A stretch of 64,000 nt of DNA from a virus: IMG/VR virus record IMGVR_UViG_3300049259_000288, positions 12,961-76,960 of that record; one strand, given 5' to 3'. Position 1 is the first letter of the stretch. Each line of letters begins with the position of its first letter. Below, one piece after another: positions 61,895 to 64,000 of this stretch. Under the pieces are notes generated by a model, which was not told where the DNA came from, searched no databases, and saw nothing but the letters and a program-made list of their open reading frames with translations. A program made the translations under genes and the position numbers.

Positions 61895-62497
61895 GTGGCC
61901 GATCTCGCTGAGCACCTGGCGAACCAGTACGAGCTTCCCGAGGATGAGGAAGAGCGAGACCGCTTCGTCATCGACAACGACAGCAAGGCGAACTGGGCGC
62001 TTCGTCGTCTCGCCGGCGTGCAGGCCGAGGCGGCGCGCGTGCGCGAGCAAGCGCGCGAGCAGCACGCCCTCATCGACGAGTGGGAAGAGCGCGAGCTCGA
62101 TGCCATCGGGCGCGACGAGCGCCGATTTGAGGGGATGCTGGGCGACTACTGGCGCCGCCAGCTCGAGCCCGAGGTCGACCGGCTGATGGCCACGGGGCTC
62201 ACCTTCGACGAGGCGTGGTCCAAGATCAAGACGAAGAGCATCAAGCTGGCCGCGGGCACGCTCTCGGCGGCGAAGGGCCGGGACTCCATCGTCATCGAGG
62301 ACGACGAGGACTTCGTGACCTGGGCCCGCGAGAACGCCCTCTACGACGTCCTGAACGTCACCTACCGGCCGGCGAAGGATGCCCTCGCCAAGTACAACAG
62401 GCGCGACGGCTCGCTCGTGACACCGGACGGAGAGAAGGTCCCTGGCGTCCAGGTCGTGAGCCCCGGGGTGCAGTACAAGGCCAAGCCCTCTTCATGA
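61895..62497 (+). CDS. Gam-like host-nuclease inhibitor family protein
   Basis: F.ID.D..ANWALRRL...I..W...KSIKL..G.L...DGE.VPGV. Confidence 0.75.
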   Translation: MADLAEHLANQYELPEDEEERDRFVIDNDSKANWALRRLAGVQAEAARVREQAREQHALIDEWEERELDAIGRDERRFEGMLGDYWRRQLEPEVDRLMATGLTFDEAWSKIKTKSIKLAAGTLSAAKGRDSIVIEDDEDFVTWARENALYDVLNVTYRPAKDALAKYNRRDGSLVTPDGEKVPGVQVVSPGVQYKAKPSS

Positions 62498-62778
62498 GCG
62501 ACGAGCAGGTTGATCCGTCGGATGACAGCGACGAAGCGGGCGCGCTGCGGGCACGACTCGCTACTGATGCCGTCGGCGCGCTGGTGCATCAGTTGGACCC
62601 CGGCACCCTCGCCAACAAGTTCCTGCTCATCATCGAAACCGTGACCGTTGACGGTCGGCCCGGTGTGTGGACGTTGACACCGGACAACGCCCCGATCCAC
62701 GAACTGATGGGTCTCGTGGAGTACGCCCGCGCGCGACACCAGGCGGCGGTCACCCTCATGATGCTCGACAAGGGCTAG
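62494..62778 (+). CDS. hypothetical protein
   Basis: ATGA coupling. Confidence 0.55.
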   Translation: MSDEQVDPSDDSDEAGALRARLATDAVGALVHQLDPGTLANKFLLIIETVTVDGRPGVWTLTPDNAPIHELMGLVEYARARHQAAVTLMMLDKG

Positions 62779-62782
62779 TCGG

Positions 62783-63019
62783 TCACCGAACGCCGGCGCA
62801 CTCGTCGAGGATGACGAAGTGCGCGTGCTGGCCACGGATGCCCTCGGGCGCGCTGAGCACGCGATGACACGGGTGGCAGAGTCCGACCTCGGTGGTGGCT
62901 GGGCGCGTGTCGCAGCGCCAGCAGTCATCCGGCGTCAGGTCGTAGACGAGTCCGATCTGCCACTCGTAGACCTCGACGTCGTCGCCCAGGACTTGGGTCA
63001 GTTCGTCGCGGATGCTCAT
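62783..63019 (-). CDS. hypothetical Zn-finger protein
   Basis: CWRC...LC.PC. Confidence 0.5.
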   Translation of the reverse strand: MSIRDELTQVLGDDVEVYEWQIGLVYDLTPDDCWRCDTRPATTEVGLCHPCHRVLSAPEGIRGQHAHFVILDECAGVR

Positions 63020-63891
63020 GCTGTCCTCTCACAGCCCCGCGCCCAGCGGGGGCCTTCGCGTCGCCAGTGGCAGTGACCATCGCCGCCCTCGCCGGGGTCG
63101 ATGGTGATGGTGCCGCCACACCAGGTGCAGCGCCCGTCCTCGAGGATGCGGCGCACGAGCGCGGTGGCTGCCGACTGCGGATCCTCGCCGGCGCCCTCAA
63201 GCTCGTTCGTACGGTAACGCGCGCGCGCGACCCACTGCCCGCCGGTCTGGCTGACCGTGAAGTCGCGCGCCCCTGAGCGCATGGCCAGATCGTTGGCGGC
63301 GCCGAGCACGTCCTCGTCAGCGAGCTCGGGCCCGGGCGCCGGCGCCAGCGGGTCGACGTCGGCGTAGGCGCCGAAGGGCTCGTACCACCGAGCGGGGTGA
63401 AGGTAGGGCCCGATGCCGAGTCGCTGGTTGATCTCGGACTTCGGGTCCTCGATGCCATCGAAGATCGGGTCGAAGAGCAGCAGCAGGTCGTGGTCCTCGA
63501 AGAGAGCGTCGTGGGCGGCTGCGTAGTCGTCGTCATCGGGCTCGGGGATCAGCTGTAGCCCGTAGTCTTCGGGGTCGGGCGCGACACCCTGCACCTCGGC
63601 GGCCGCCGCGTAGGCGATGACGATGTGGAGCGCGTACTCCTCGCCGGTGCAACGCGCGATGGGCAGCGCGCCGATGGCGAGCCGGTCGCGCACGACGCGG
63701 AAGGCGTCGAGCAGCCGATCCATCCACACCTGGTCGTCGGTCCACCGGCGCGCCACCGATGGCAGCCCGCTCATGAGCGAGTCGGGTTCGGCCTTGGCGC
63801 GGTCGATAATCTCGCCAGCTGCGCACCAGAGGTGCAGTGCCATGCGCGGGCTGGTGATGCTCGACAGCCAGGCGTCGACGTCGAAGGTCAT
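63016..63891 (-). CDS. hypothetical protein
   Basis: 291-aa ORF with GC3 bias; ARCTGEE.AL, LFED.D...LFD. Confidence 0.7.
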   Translation of the reverse strand: MTFDVDAWLSSITSPRMALHLWCAAGEIIDRAKAEPDSLMSGLPSVARRWTDDQVWMDRLLDAFRVVRDRLAIGALPIARCTGEEYALHIVIAYAAAAEVQGVAPDPEDYGLQLIPEPDDDDYAAAHDALFEDHDLLLLFDPIFDGIEDPKSEINQRLGIGPYLHPARWYEPFGAYADVDPLAPAPGPELADEDVLGAANDLAMRSGARDFTVSQTGGQWVARARYRTNELEGAGEDPQSAATALVRRILEDGRCTWCGGTITIDPGEGGDGHCHWRREGPRWARGCERTA

Positions 63892-64000
63892 GACGCAGGC
63901 CCGACGGGTGGCGACCCGGTCTTGCGGGAATCGCGCAAGGTGTCGCGACGCGAGAGGTCGACATCGCCGGCCCGCACGCCGCGCTGGATGACGACCGCAC

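Noticed and set aside
62783-62850. Terminase Walker-B-like string GIRGQHAHFVILDE
   Set aside because: It sits in a 78-aa ORF with no ATPase context; at most a remnant.
1-64000. Prophage boundaries, integrase or att sites
   Set aside because: No integrase or host housekeeping genes in the window, so lifestyle cannot be determined.

Overview
This window is 64 kb of a large, high-GC actinobacterial tailed phage or prophage with a siphovirus-type tail. The host is possibly Acidimicrobiia, inferred from repeats in the tail hub. Gene order: C-terminus of a probable terminase large subunit; a phage FliA/WhiG-type sigma factor; a minus-strand operon of 39 tRNAs covering all 20 amino acids, with HNH and GIY-YIG endonucleases and several structured non-tRNA RNAs; five glycosyltransferases plus a methyltransferase; portal, protease fused to a 2H phosphoesterase, scaffold, capsid, neck, major tail, frameshifted chaperone, tape measure, Dit/Tal and two large receptor-binding proteins; membrane/holin genes; then an early region with methylases, an ATP-grasp protein, a ClpC N-domain, DUF5131, replication initiator and loader, an exonuclease, a transglycosylase and a Gam-like protein. 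Most notable: (1) a candidate phage protein-tagging module made of a C-terminal Gly-Gly protein, a Cys/His/Asp partner, an R2K-like ATP-grasp and a ClpC N-domain; (2) the tRNA operon, closed by a ~23-nt long-range inverted repeat and containing a circularly permuted tRNA mimic, two 8/4 tRNA-Ser genes and an ornate ~255-nt leader RNA; (3) two promoter classes readable by eye, six TGAA-N16-GCCGAT sigma-28-type late promoters and four YGTCR-N11-TAnnnT PafBC-like promoters. All calls come from manual motif reading; no database searches were run.
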